DNA from: Piromyces finnis finn
Lineage: Eukaryota; Fungi; Neocallimastigomycota
DNA length: 64,000 nucleotides
Assembly (NCBI GenBank): GCA_002104945.1
Contig: MCFH01000004.1
Span: 744,001-808,000 of the forward strand
Reading direction: 5' to 3'
The position numbers and the translations under genes are program-made. Positions 19,077 to 31,100 of this stretch are shown in pieces (the first letter of the stretch is position 1; each line of letters begins with the position of its first letter). A model generated the notes under the pieces. It had not been told where the DNA came from. It saw nothing but the letters and a program-made list of their open reading frames with translations, and ran no database searches.

Positions 19077-21778
19077 ATTTATAATGCTTCTATATAGGTA
19101 AAGAGTAAATAATATATCTTGAACTTTATAAATTTAATTTTTATTCTTTTAAAATCAAACAATTTTTGAATATATTCTATTCTTTTTTTTTTTTTTTTTT
19201 TTTTTTTTGGAAATTCTTTTAGATTTAAGTTTGTATTTTAATAAAAACTTTGTATTTATTACTAAATGGAAAATTAAATTTTGCTTTGTTTAGCGTTTGT
19301 TATTACTATTATTATTATTAATTATTCAAAAAAATAAAATAACTATTATAATAATTATTTTTCAATTTGCTTTAAATAATCAATTATATATTATATTCTT
19401 TATATTATTATAAATATAAAATATTATTTTTATTTTTATTGTTACTATTACTGTTATTTTTTCTTTTTCTTGATATTTATTAATTTATTTTAATTGAATC
19501 ATAAAAGATTGATTTTCTTTTTTTTTTTCATTTCTTTGTTTTTTGAAAGTAATTTTTATTAAATTATTTTTTTTTATTTATATATAAATTTATAAATTTA
19601 TTTATATTATATAATTTTTTTTTTCTTTAAAAAAAAAAGTTAAATATATACATTTATTTAAATGGTAATTTATAAATGAATTATTTCATTGATAATTATA
19701 ATTTTATGATTGGATTTCTAATTTTTACTTTTTAAATAATTAATTCCTTTTTTTAAAAATTACAATTTCCAATATTTAAATCAATTAACGATGCTTTAAA
19801 CTAACAACTTTTTATATTGTTCTTTTTCAAAAATTGTAATTCGGAATAGGTAAAAATGAAATGAAAATGTAAAATTTAGAATATCAAAATTTATAAATAA
19901 TTCCAATGTTTTTTTTTTTTATTATTATTATTGTTATTATTATTTATTCAAAAAGAAAAAAAAAAAAAAATTAAAACATTGGAATTATTTATAATTAATA
20001 TTAATTATAACATGATTTTTAATCATTAATAATTAATAAAACTATTTATGATTTAATCAAAGTTTTTATTAAGATTTAAAGTTATTAATTGTTTTTTTTT
20101 TTTTTTGTTTTTTTGTTTTTTGTTTTTTTTCCATTAATATAAACATTTATTTAAAGAAGTGTGAATTATAATATATATAATTATATATGTTATAATATAA
20201 ATATATTGTATAAAATATATTAAATTTTTTTTATTGTTATACACTCCATTAATCTATATTATTTTTTTTTTTTTAATTTTTTATTTGTTTATAACTTTAT
20301 TTTATATTAAAAAATTAACTCTTTTCATATTAATTTTAATTATATTAAAATATCCACTGCCTGTCATTTACTTTTTTGTTTTAAACAAGAAAAATACAAA
20401 AAAAAAATCGTTCCTAAGGAAAAATGAAATAATTCAATTATTTAATTTTAACATATTCTATTTTTTTAGTTGTTTTTTCTTTCTTTTTTTTTTTTTAAAA
20501 AAAATTGTCTTTTCATTATTCTTTTATAATTTTAATAAAAAAAAAAAAGATTTTATTAAACGTTGAGGGATCCTATTAAAAATTGTTTTATTTTACCAAA
20601 TTCTTTTAATCATTAAGAAAAGTTTAAAATAATATTAACCTTTTAAAATTCTGTAAATTTAGAGATATATAATTTTGAAAAAGAATTCAACATCATACTA
20701 CAAGAGTAATGTACAAAAAAGTATATAAAATCAAAAATATAAATAATATTATTTTATGTGATAAGTAAAATTAATGTATTTTAAAATATTTATTGAATAC
20801 TTTGAAATTTTGCATACCATACTTTAATGGTAGTATCCTTATTTATATTTATGACACTATTAATATAAATTATAATAAAAGTATGTTTCTTTCTTTAAAA
20901 TATAAATATATTTAACTTTTTATATATAAGCATTCATTAATTAAAATAAAAAAAAAATTTTTATTTATTTATCTAATTTTTTAAATTGACCATTATATAT
21001 ATTTACAGCTACTATTCAATCCTTAAATCTTTATATAGTTTTGAAAAAGAAATCGTTACTCTAATACTTTTTATGAATAAATCTTTTTTTTTATATATTA
21101 GAGTATATAGTTATAATTATTATATACATTTATTATAGTATTATTTATTTATAATAACTATATAATACAATAAAAATTATATATATTTTTATATCTTTTT
21201 TTTTTTTATAATTATTTTTACATTCAAAAAAACATTTATTTATAATAAAACTATAAATAGTAATTATTAATGGGAGAAAATCGAGAAACGGTTGATTTTT
21301 AAATTTTGTAAAGTATCAAAATTTTTAAAAAAGGAATAAATTAAAAAAAAAATTTTTTTTTTTTAATCTTATAAATATATGAAACAATATTAATTAAAAA
21401 TTATTGAAAAATGATTATAAAAAAAACTTCTTTTCCATTATTAAAAATCTCAAGTTCTAATCAAAATCAATTAAAATTAGTTGTAATAAGTATCTTTAAA
21501 AGAACAGTTTAATAATTATATCTTTTAAATACCTAAACCTTGTCAAAAAAAAAAATAAATGTTTTACAATTATATAAAAAAAGTTGTTTAAACTTTAGAA
21601 TTAAGAAATGAAAATTTTAAAGATTAACCAATAAAATCATATCATTTATTAAAAGATCAAAAAATTAATCAATTTTAATAAATAAATATTTTTGATGAAT
21701 AAAAAATGAATCATATTATATAAAAAAAATTTAATATTATATATTATTTCAATTTAATCAAAAAAAAAAAAAAAGACT

Positions 21779-22363
21779 ACTATTTTTTCTATTATTTTTT
21801 TTAACTACCAGGTGCATTTCTCCCATCAATTAGAATAAGCCCCAATGGTGGTTCTTAGAGAAATGTTGGCTCCTTCCTATTGTTAGGAGATTGCAACACT
21901 TCTGGTCTGTCATACTGAATCTTCAGCTTCGACGCTCACTTAATCCATGCATGTCACTATACAGTATTTCCAACCATAATACTAAGCCTCATATCGTCAA
22001 TTTGATCACGTATCAACCGCCACAAATGTTTACACTTCAAGGAATGTTGCTTGTGTATTTGGCATAGCCTAAGTCACCACTTATAAAGTTCTAATTTGAA
22101 ATGTACCATGTAAACTTTGACCCTCTCAGGCCGGCTAGACGAGTGTTAATATCATAGTAGTAAATTAAAAAGTGCATTAATATTTACCTAAATAGCATAA
22201 CCCAACTCATAGCAAAACCCAATGGGGAAAATCCACAAATACTAACATCTGTGGAGTTGAACCAGAAGCCTTATGTATGCTAAGGATACTCCTCAACAAA
22301 CAGGATAAAAGCTGGAACGACGTCTTTCCTATTATAACAAGATTAAGTACTTTTATTAATACC
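21779..22363 (-). mobile_element. Candidate tRNA-derived SINE (tRNA-Ala head, non-coding body, A-rich tail, 7-bp flanking direct repeat)
   Basis: GC island in near-pure AT DNA with stops in all frames examined. It has a tRNA-like head at 22314-22243 with B box GGTTCAACTCC, a 3' end GCACCTGGTAGTT followed by an A-rich run, and AAAGACT at both 21772-21778 and 22364-22370. Confidence 0.62.
22243..22314 (-). pseudogene. Decayed tRNA-Ala(AGC)-like cloverleaf (SINE head or tRNA pseudogene)
   Basis: Reads CAGCTTT-TA-TCCT-GTTTGTTG-AGGA-G-TATCC-TTAGCAT-ACATA-AGGCT-TCTGG-TTCAACT-CCACA-GATGTTA. Spacing is the canonical 72 nt, with U8/A9, a 4/4 D stem, anticodon AGC, a G3-U70 pair and a 4/5 T stem. The anticodon stem (3/5) and acceptor stem (5/7) are damaged. 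Confidence 0.7.
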
Positions 22364-23250
22364 AAAGACTTTTTTTTTTTTACTCTTGAGTTTTTATAAA
22401 AAAAAAAACTTTAAAAATTTTTTTAATTTAATTTAATATAAATTTTTTTATTTCAATTTTTATTAATATTTAAAGTTATCAATATAAAATGAAATAAATT
22501 AAATTATTATTGGATAAATTATATAATAATTTTTTTATTTTATTAAACTTTAAAAAATATTAAAATAACCTTTTTTTAATATATTACACAGAATAATTTT
22601 TTTTTTAATTTTCTTTTATATAGAATTTTGACTTTTTCAAAACTTAATTTGAAAAGATAATAATTATTAGAAAATGGTTGTAGGATAAGTGAATGAAGAT
22701 TGAAGTTATCAAGAAATGAAAATGAAAAATATAAAATATTATTTGTTATTGTTTCAACTTTTGTAAAAAAAAAAAAAAAAGTTTTAAATATAAAGACTTA
22801 GGATGCCTTTGAAAAAATTTAACTTGATAATTTATAGTGATAAAAATTCGAGATAAGTTATGAAGAGATTTTAATCTATTATATGATAAATTGTATTAAA
22901 TTGAATTAAATGAAATGGCGTATTTAAAAATGAAGATTTCTATTAACTAGATTCAATAGAATTTGTAATGCAACGTAATTTTGTTAACTTTAAAGAATAG
23001 AATTGTATTATTATTATTATTATGAATAAAAAGTGGTTTCGAAATATATATATATATATTGGAAAGTAAATAATAAATAAATGGAGGTTAGTACATTTTA
23101 TAATTAATAATAATAAAAAAAAAAAGTTAAAGCTTAGTAATTAAAAAAAAATAAAAATATTAAATGATTATTGGTAGTTGAAAAATGGCTAGATTAAAAA
23201 AAAAATTTTTTTTTAATCTTTTACCAAAAAAATTTTTTTTAATTTTTAGA

Positions 23251-25618
23251 TTAAATATAAATTAAATTTGGTTGTTTCATTGTTTCATTCCCAATACCAA
23301 TGATATACGGATGATGAACGACTAGTATCACTGGTATTATGATTATATTAAAATATTTTAAGTATTATTCATTTATGGAAATAAAATTTTTTTTTTTTGA
23401 TGGCAAAGAGTATATATATAGAGATAGATTTTCTTTATATTTCATTTTGTACCATATTAATTTTTCTATAATTATTAATACTTACAAATGAATCAACATT
23501 TAGTACTGAATTATCGTCTTCTAGAAGCTCTAAATTTTGTTCCTCACTGGAGGCATCATTATTTACCATAAAAATATTTATTTTTATAGTTTGTAACACT
23601 TCATAATAGTTTGTTAAATACTCGATACACGGAATTAATTGTGTCTTGGAATATCCGGTAATTATTTCATATTCATCCTCTATTAAAAAATATATATAAT
23701 TATAGGAAATATATTAGTAAAGTGTCCAAAAAAAATTTAAAGAAAACTAAAAAAAATATTATATTAATAATATTTAATGTTAAAATATATATATATATAT
23801 ATATAGTACTATTAATAATAATAATAAAAAAAAAAAAAACTACAAATATATATATTGTGAGAGTTAAAAAAAAGTAATTGGAACAAATAATAAATTTTTA
23901 ATAATTATAAAAGTAATAATTGCAAAAATAAATATTATCATAGACATTAAAATATTTACTATTAAACAAAAAAAAAATAATAATAAAAATAAAAATAAAA
24001 ATTAAATAGAAATAAATAATTATTTAAAAAACTTAAAAAATATCAGAGTATATACCTATTAGTGGCATTTCTATTACAAAACAGGCTGCTGCTAATAATG
24101 GGCTTGGATATAAAAATGACTCTGTATTATACATAGCATAATCCAATATTTTTAGCGCTTTTTTAAAACGCTTATTTTCAAATTGTTTTTGAAAAAGACT
24201 TTTTGACTTCATAGTATTAATATTGAAACTTTCAAGTTCAAGTTTTATTTCCTCGTCATGTTCATCCTGAAGTTCTTTGGTAGGATGATGGGTATTGACA
24301 CAGGCTTCAATTTGGAAGTAGAGTAAGAGCCAGGTATAAGCAGTAGGTACAATTAATTGAAAATTTAAATTCTATATAATTATATTATATGATATTATTA
24401 TATAATGTTAGTATCCTAAATACTTTAAAGGATGATCAAGGTATTGTTGTATCCCTTGATAAAGTATATTATACTTTAATATAATCATTAAAAAGGTAAT
24501 TATATTCTTTATTTTTATTAATATAATATAATAAAACCGAAAAATAGTGATCATTTTTTATCATTATAAAAAAATATTTAAAAAAAATATTTAAAAAATC
24601 AAAAATAAAAAATAACAATAAAAAAAAAAAAAAAAAAAAAATTGTAATAAAAATTAAAAAATATAAATAAATATATCTATAATTATTATATTTGTTAATT
24701 TCCAATTTACAAACCTTGCATATAATAATCTGCATATTTTTTACTTCTTCTAAAAAATTAAATCCATTGGTTGATATAAGTTCTTGTATTAGTTCTCTTT
24801 TACTTTCTTCTTCATCCTCCTTTTGAGGAAAAAAAGTTTTTTTTTTTAAACATAAAAAACATGTATTAGTTTTAGATGAATAAAAATTTATGATAAGAAT
24901 TATAGTTTCCATCATTATTATAATGAATATACCTCAAGTTGTATAGCTATGAATAGTATAGCAGGTGTAATATAACAGAGTCTTGATTTTTCAATTTTAT
25001 TATCACATTGTAGATATAGATCAAAAATCTTTACAGCAATATAAAATGTTTCCTTATTAAATCCAAAATCATACACAACCTATGTTAAATTATATATATA
25101 ATAAGGATATTTAATATAGGCAAGATTAATTTAAAGAAAGGAAAAGGGAAAAAAAAAAAGATCATGAATAACTATAATATTTAGTTCTTATGTATATACT
25201 TGTGCAATCCATGATATAGAATGAGAACGGATTTCTCTTGTAAAATCTTTATTTAGAACCGAGGGATATTGATCCGGCCATGGTAAAACAACTGCGCTTC
25301 TTTCCTCAATTAGTTTTGACTTCCAATACCTGAATAATTGTTCAATCTGCAATTGCTTTTTTTTTTTTTTTTTTTTAATAAATTTGAATATATAAATATA
25401 TAAGATATAATTAATATATAAATATCATAATTTTTAAATGTTAATAGATTCAAGCAATTTAATACAATTATTATAAATAACAGTATACTATATATATAAT
25501 ATAATACATTATAATTCCGGATTTTTAAACGTTTAATTAATTGCTCGCTTTTAAGTAATGTTGGAAAGAACCTCGACTTGAATTGATTAAATTTATTTCT
25601 AAAATAAATCGGACACAT
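23251..25618 (-). CDS. Cyclin, most similar to E-type cyclins (3' end of gene uncertain)
   Basis: Cyclin box IRSHSISWIAQV..FGFNKETFYIAVKIFDLYL..ILFIAIQLEE..NMQIIICKNLNFQLIVPTAYTWLLLYFQ. Second fold ILDYAMYNTESFLYPSPLLAAACF..IITGYSKTQLIPCIEYL. Confidence 0.85.
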
Positions 25619-28147
25619 TTATACATTATTAAAAATTAATAAAAAATGTTTATAAAGATTAATACATCATTTTTTTCTTTAAAAAAAAAAAAAAAAAAAA
25701 AGAAAGAAAAAAAGAAAAAAAAAATAAATAAATTTAAAGTTTTATTAAACTTTTTTTTATTTTATTACATAAATTTAAAATATTTTTAAAAAATTATATT
25801 TAATATATTATTAATAGTTTACTTTTCATGTTTATTTTGTAGAAATCCCAATTTTTCAATCATTCTATAACTTCTTTAATTTCTTTTTTTAAAAAATAAA
25901 AATGGTATTTAATTATATTCAGATTAACGAAATTGTACCAATTTTTGGTGCATTAATATATGAAATTAACTATGTTTGTGAAATTTTTATTTATATATAT
26001 CAAATGATTTTTTAATTATAGCTATCCTCCAATTTTAGCTGAATTTTATTTATATATTTCAAATGATTTATTAATGATAAAAATCCTTTAATTTTTATGT
26101 TCAATGTTTCTTTTTAAGAGTTTTATATTTTTTCAAAACCTTTTATCATTAATAAATAATGATATTTGCAATTTTAGATTTTTACTTTATATTTTTACTA
26201 CAAATAAAAATAATAAATTTTAATTTATAAACATAGCATTTACTTTTCCTTTTATATGATTGCAAAAAAGGAATAAAAATAAAAAATAATAACCAATTAT
26301 GTAATTAATTAAAATGCTGAATTTAAAATAAATTATAATGAATTTTTTTTAAAAAAAAAATATAAAGAATTATTAATATTGAACTTAAAAAATATGTTTT
26401 TTTAATATATCTTTTTCTTTTTTCTTAAAAAAAAAAAATAATAATAATAATAATTAAATTTATCTTTGAATTATAGATTGTACTTGTTCTTGTTAGAACT
26501 TATTCAATCTTTCTAGAAATTAAATATATAAAATATAATATTGAAATTTAATGTATGAATAAAACAAAATAATTATGCTGATAACACAAAGTTTGTATAT
26601 ATATTTATATATAAAATTTATTTTAAATAATTTATAATTAATGCTTGAATTGTTGTATTTATACTTTCATTTTTTATCTTAGTTTCCTCTTTCATTCAAA
26701 CCAAAATTGTTTTTTTTTTTTTTTTTTAATATGTTATATTAACATAAAACTATGTAATTAAATCTTATTTTATAATTAATATGTGCTTTATATATTTCAC
26801 ATGTTCATACGCCACTTTTTAATTTAAAAATATCTACATATTAATTTTGATGGGAAAAAAAATAATTATAATTTCTATGAAACTTTTAATAATAGTTACT
26901 TCCTGATTGAAATAGTTAATAATTATAAATGCCTCATTGTATTTTATTTATATCTAAGATGAAAATATTTTTAAAACTAAATTATTAAATAACTTTACAC
27001 TTTTAATTATATATAATTGATAAACTTTCAATATCTTTAGTATTTATAAACCTGAATTTATTATTATGATTTCTATGTATTTGAAATAAATATTATTATA
27101 TAGGTATATTAGTTTTTTTTTTTTTTTTTTTCTCAATCTCCATTTTAAAATCACCTACCTTTATAATGATATACGTGATAATCATCAACTATTAATTTAT
27201 ATTAATCTATGTTTATAATATTTTTGTTATTAAATTATTCCAATAGCCTTTAGTAACCCACATTTTCTTCGTAAACTAAATGCTAGGTATTATAATATAT
27301 TAAAATATGTATTTAATATATTGTTTAATTAAATATTTCAATAAAATAATACATAAAATATATATAATAATAAATTACAAAAATGTAAACATTTTTATTG
27401 TAATCTGTCAATTTATTATACATTATTATTGTTCAATAAAATTTGTATTTAATGAGATTTAATATAATAGAATATAAACAATAAATAAATAAATATGTAA
27501 ATAAATTAACTTCATTATATAGTTTCATATTATAAGCCTTTTATTTATAAACTATTTTTTATTACTTATTTATTTAAATAAAATTGACTAGAAATTGTAA
27601 AAATATTTTTAAAGTCAACAGAAGCAATCTAAAAAAAAAAAAAAAAAGAAAAAATACAAAAACAATATCTACAACAACAGAATATTATAAATATTATATA
27701 TAGAAATAGATATTATTTTTGTTTATTAACAAATTTACCCAAAGTATTTATTTGTATTATAATACTTTGATAAGTAAACCGTAATAAACTAAAATTAACA
27801 ATATTAAGAAAAACAATATTAATAAATTGATATTTCGATTCATTTTTTTTTTTTTAAAAAAAAAAAAAATTTATAAAGAATATATATATGTGCATATAAG
27901 TTTAATAATATTAATATATATATAAAAAATTGTATTTATTTAATACTAACTTTAAAGAAAATATTTTGTTTTAAAAAAAAATATATTATATATATATTAT
28001 ATATAAGATTACATAAAAAAAATAATATATATATATATGGAACCATCAATAAGGATATAATAAACAATAAAATAAATTACTAAATTTATATAAACGTTAT
28101 TTTTGTTAAAATTGCAATAAAAAAAATATAATAAACAAAAAATAAAA

Positions 28148-31100
28148 ATGTTATCACCTTTTCGCTTTTTTCGAACACGTCCAGATGACAGAATTAGAGT
28201 TGGTGAGGATGATACAAACTATGAGAATTTGTTAAACACAGCTGCTATTTCTGATGCAGAAGATGAAGAAACAAATGAATATAACAATACTAATAGCAAT
28301 GTTAATGATACATCTAATAATACTAATACTACTTCAACTTCAAATCAACTAATTTCCAATGAATTATCCACTATTCAAGATGCAAATAATAACACTAATA
28401 CAACAAATTTAAATGATATATTTGGGGATTTTTCTCATTTTAATAACATGAATCAAAATCAACAAACTTCATTAAATTCAAATAATGCAACTAAAGATAA
28501 TTCTTTAAATGATAACTCCATAAATTTATTTAGTAATATGGATAATAACAATTTATATGGACATATAACAAATAATAATAAAAGAGTTGGAAGTACCGGA
28601 GACATAAATAGATTATCTAAAAATCCTTATTCACCTCATAATCCAAAATTCCAAGATAATAAATTATATTCTTCAGAATCTAAAATATTTTCTAAAACTG
28701 ATGATACTATAGGTATATAATTTATTTTTTTGTATTTTTTTTTTTTATTTATTTAAATTGTCAAGAAGTACTGTCTTCATAAGAATAATAGGAATAATAA
28801 TTAAAAAAAGAAAGAAAGAAAATGACAAAGGAAAATATTAATATATGAAATAATTCAAAATTAATAATCAAATAAAAAGAACAAAAATTATATTTAGAAA
28901 TTATTAATAAAACTAATATATATTATATATTTTAATTAAAAAAAAAAATTAAAGTCATTATAAACATTCATATGAACATACACTTTAATAAAAACATAAT
29001 ATTAAAAATTATATACATTGATAATATATATAGATTTACTTAGTTTCAATTTCCCACCAACCACAACTTCTTCATCAGTAAAACCTACACAAAGTATATA
29101 ACTAAATTTTTATTTATTTTTAACTAATAATATAAAATACTAATATTATAAATAACATTATTAATGCAATATGTTTATATAAACAAATTTGGAAATTATA
29201 GATAATAACAACGATATATTTGGAGATTTTAGTAATGCTTTTGATAACAAACCATTAACATTTAATAATATTTCAAATAATAATGGAAATAAGAAGGAAT
29301 CATTCATTACCGATGATAGTACTAAGAAAGATAATAATAGCAATGACAAATCGGTAGAAAATGTAGTAAATGAACAAGTTACAAATATAAACGAGGATGA
29401 TAATGACTTATTTGGTGATTTTAACTCTCACAACATAAATACAGATGATAATAATTTATTCGATGATTTTACACCTGTAATTTCGGATAATAAAGAAGAA
29501 AATAATAACTTTTTCAATACTGATTTTTCTGCATTCACATCAGTAAATAATAGTACTTTATCAACATCTGAAAATCAATCTTTAGATACAAACTCTAAAG
29601 AAAATTCTTTAAATGTCGCTGAATTTGACGTATTTAATTTTAATTCACCTTCATCAACATCACGTCAACCTGTAGATTATGATTTCTTTTCTAATTATCA
29701 CCCTAAAACAACTAAAAAATTGAATAATAAAATATCTTATGATAGTACTACTGATACCATTACTGATGATGAAGACCTTCTTTTTAGTCCTATAATAGAA
29801 CCATCAAAGATAAATAAATCAAGTAGTAATACTAATAATGTTAAGAACACCATAACTGAAAGTAAAAATAATAACAATAAGGATAATAATAATAATATTA
29901 ATATTAATGCTTCAATAAATACCAATAGTAATAAACCTATTTCAACTATGGATAACAAAAATAATAAGGATGAAAATTCTCAAAAAAGTTCAATAGAAAC
30001 AGAAATCCCCGCTTTAGCAATACCACCACTTAATGAAATCAATAACAATAAGGCAAATGTACCAAAGGACAAATCAGATGTACCAGAAAAGAAAACGGTA
30101 CAGACACCAATCAAGCTTAAAAATAGTGAAAAAATTAAAAATGATCATATTAGTAGTAATGATACCAAAATCAAATTAGCCCAAGATAAAGATATTAAAA
30201 GTGTAGTACCATCACCTACTACCAAAACTACACCAAAACTTGATAATATTCTTAATCTTCCACCGGATATCATTCTACATATATTAAGTTTTGTTTCATT
30301 GGAAGATCTTCCAACTGTTGCTCAACTTTGTCGTCGTTTTAAATTATTAGTTTATAATGATATACTGTATGAACAAAAGCTTCGTATACTTGAATTGGAG
30401 TATATATCAACCGAAAAATGGATTTCAATGAATAAAACCGATACCCAAACAAATCAAGAACAATATAAACAAATGGCAACAGAATTAAAGAATTCACCAG
30501 GAGGTAATTTCTTGCCAGATTTAAATAGTCCATATTTCAGCAATGGTTACACAACATCTATGATGCGAATCAACGAACTAAATAGTTATTTACAGCCAAA
30601 TAAGGAAGACAGCTCTACTAATGAAGATAAAAATAAATTAAATTATTCAAAGGTCTCCAAATCCATGAATAATCTTAGTGATAAGAAGAAGAAAAAAGAT
30701 TCTCTACCTTCTTATACAATTGATTCAAGCTTTAATATTTTCGCAAAAGAAGAAGAATATGGCAATAAAAATAATAATTCCTTTTATAAATCTGGTTCTA
30801 ATGATAGTGTAGACATACTAAATATCGAAAATCATTATGAGGATGATGAAAAAGAAAAGGAACAAAAAGAAGATTCTGTTGCTGGTGAAAAGCAAAGTGA
30901 ACTTAAAGTAAACACCGCAACAACAGTTAGTAACTCAGAAAAAGATGACGAAAAAATTAAAAAAGAGAAAAAAATCTCTCTTCAGGCTAAACTTCAAATG
31001 AGCTTTATGAAGACTCCGAGAGAAGTATTTAAAAAGGAATGTAAAGAACTTTTACGTTATTATCTTGATTTTAAGCATCCTATACCCTACAAGTATCTTA

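Noticed and set aside
21820-21850. GGGGCTTATTC resembles the RNase MRP/P P4 3' strand and part of the hatchet ribozyme
   Set aside because: The complementary GAAAGTCCCC-type 5' strand and the other conserved regions are absent. The SINE interpretation explains more of the element.
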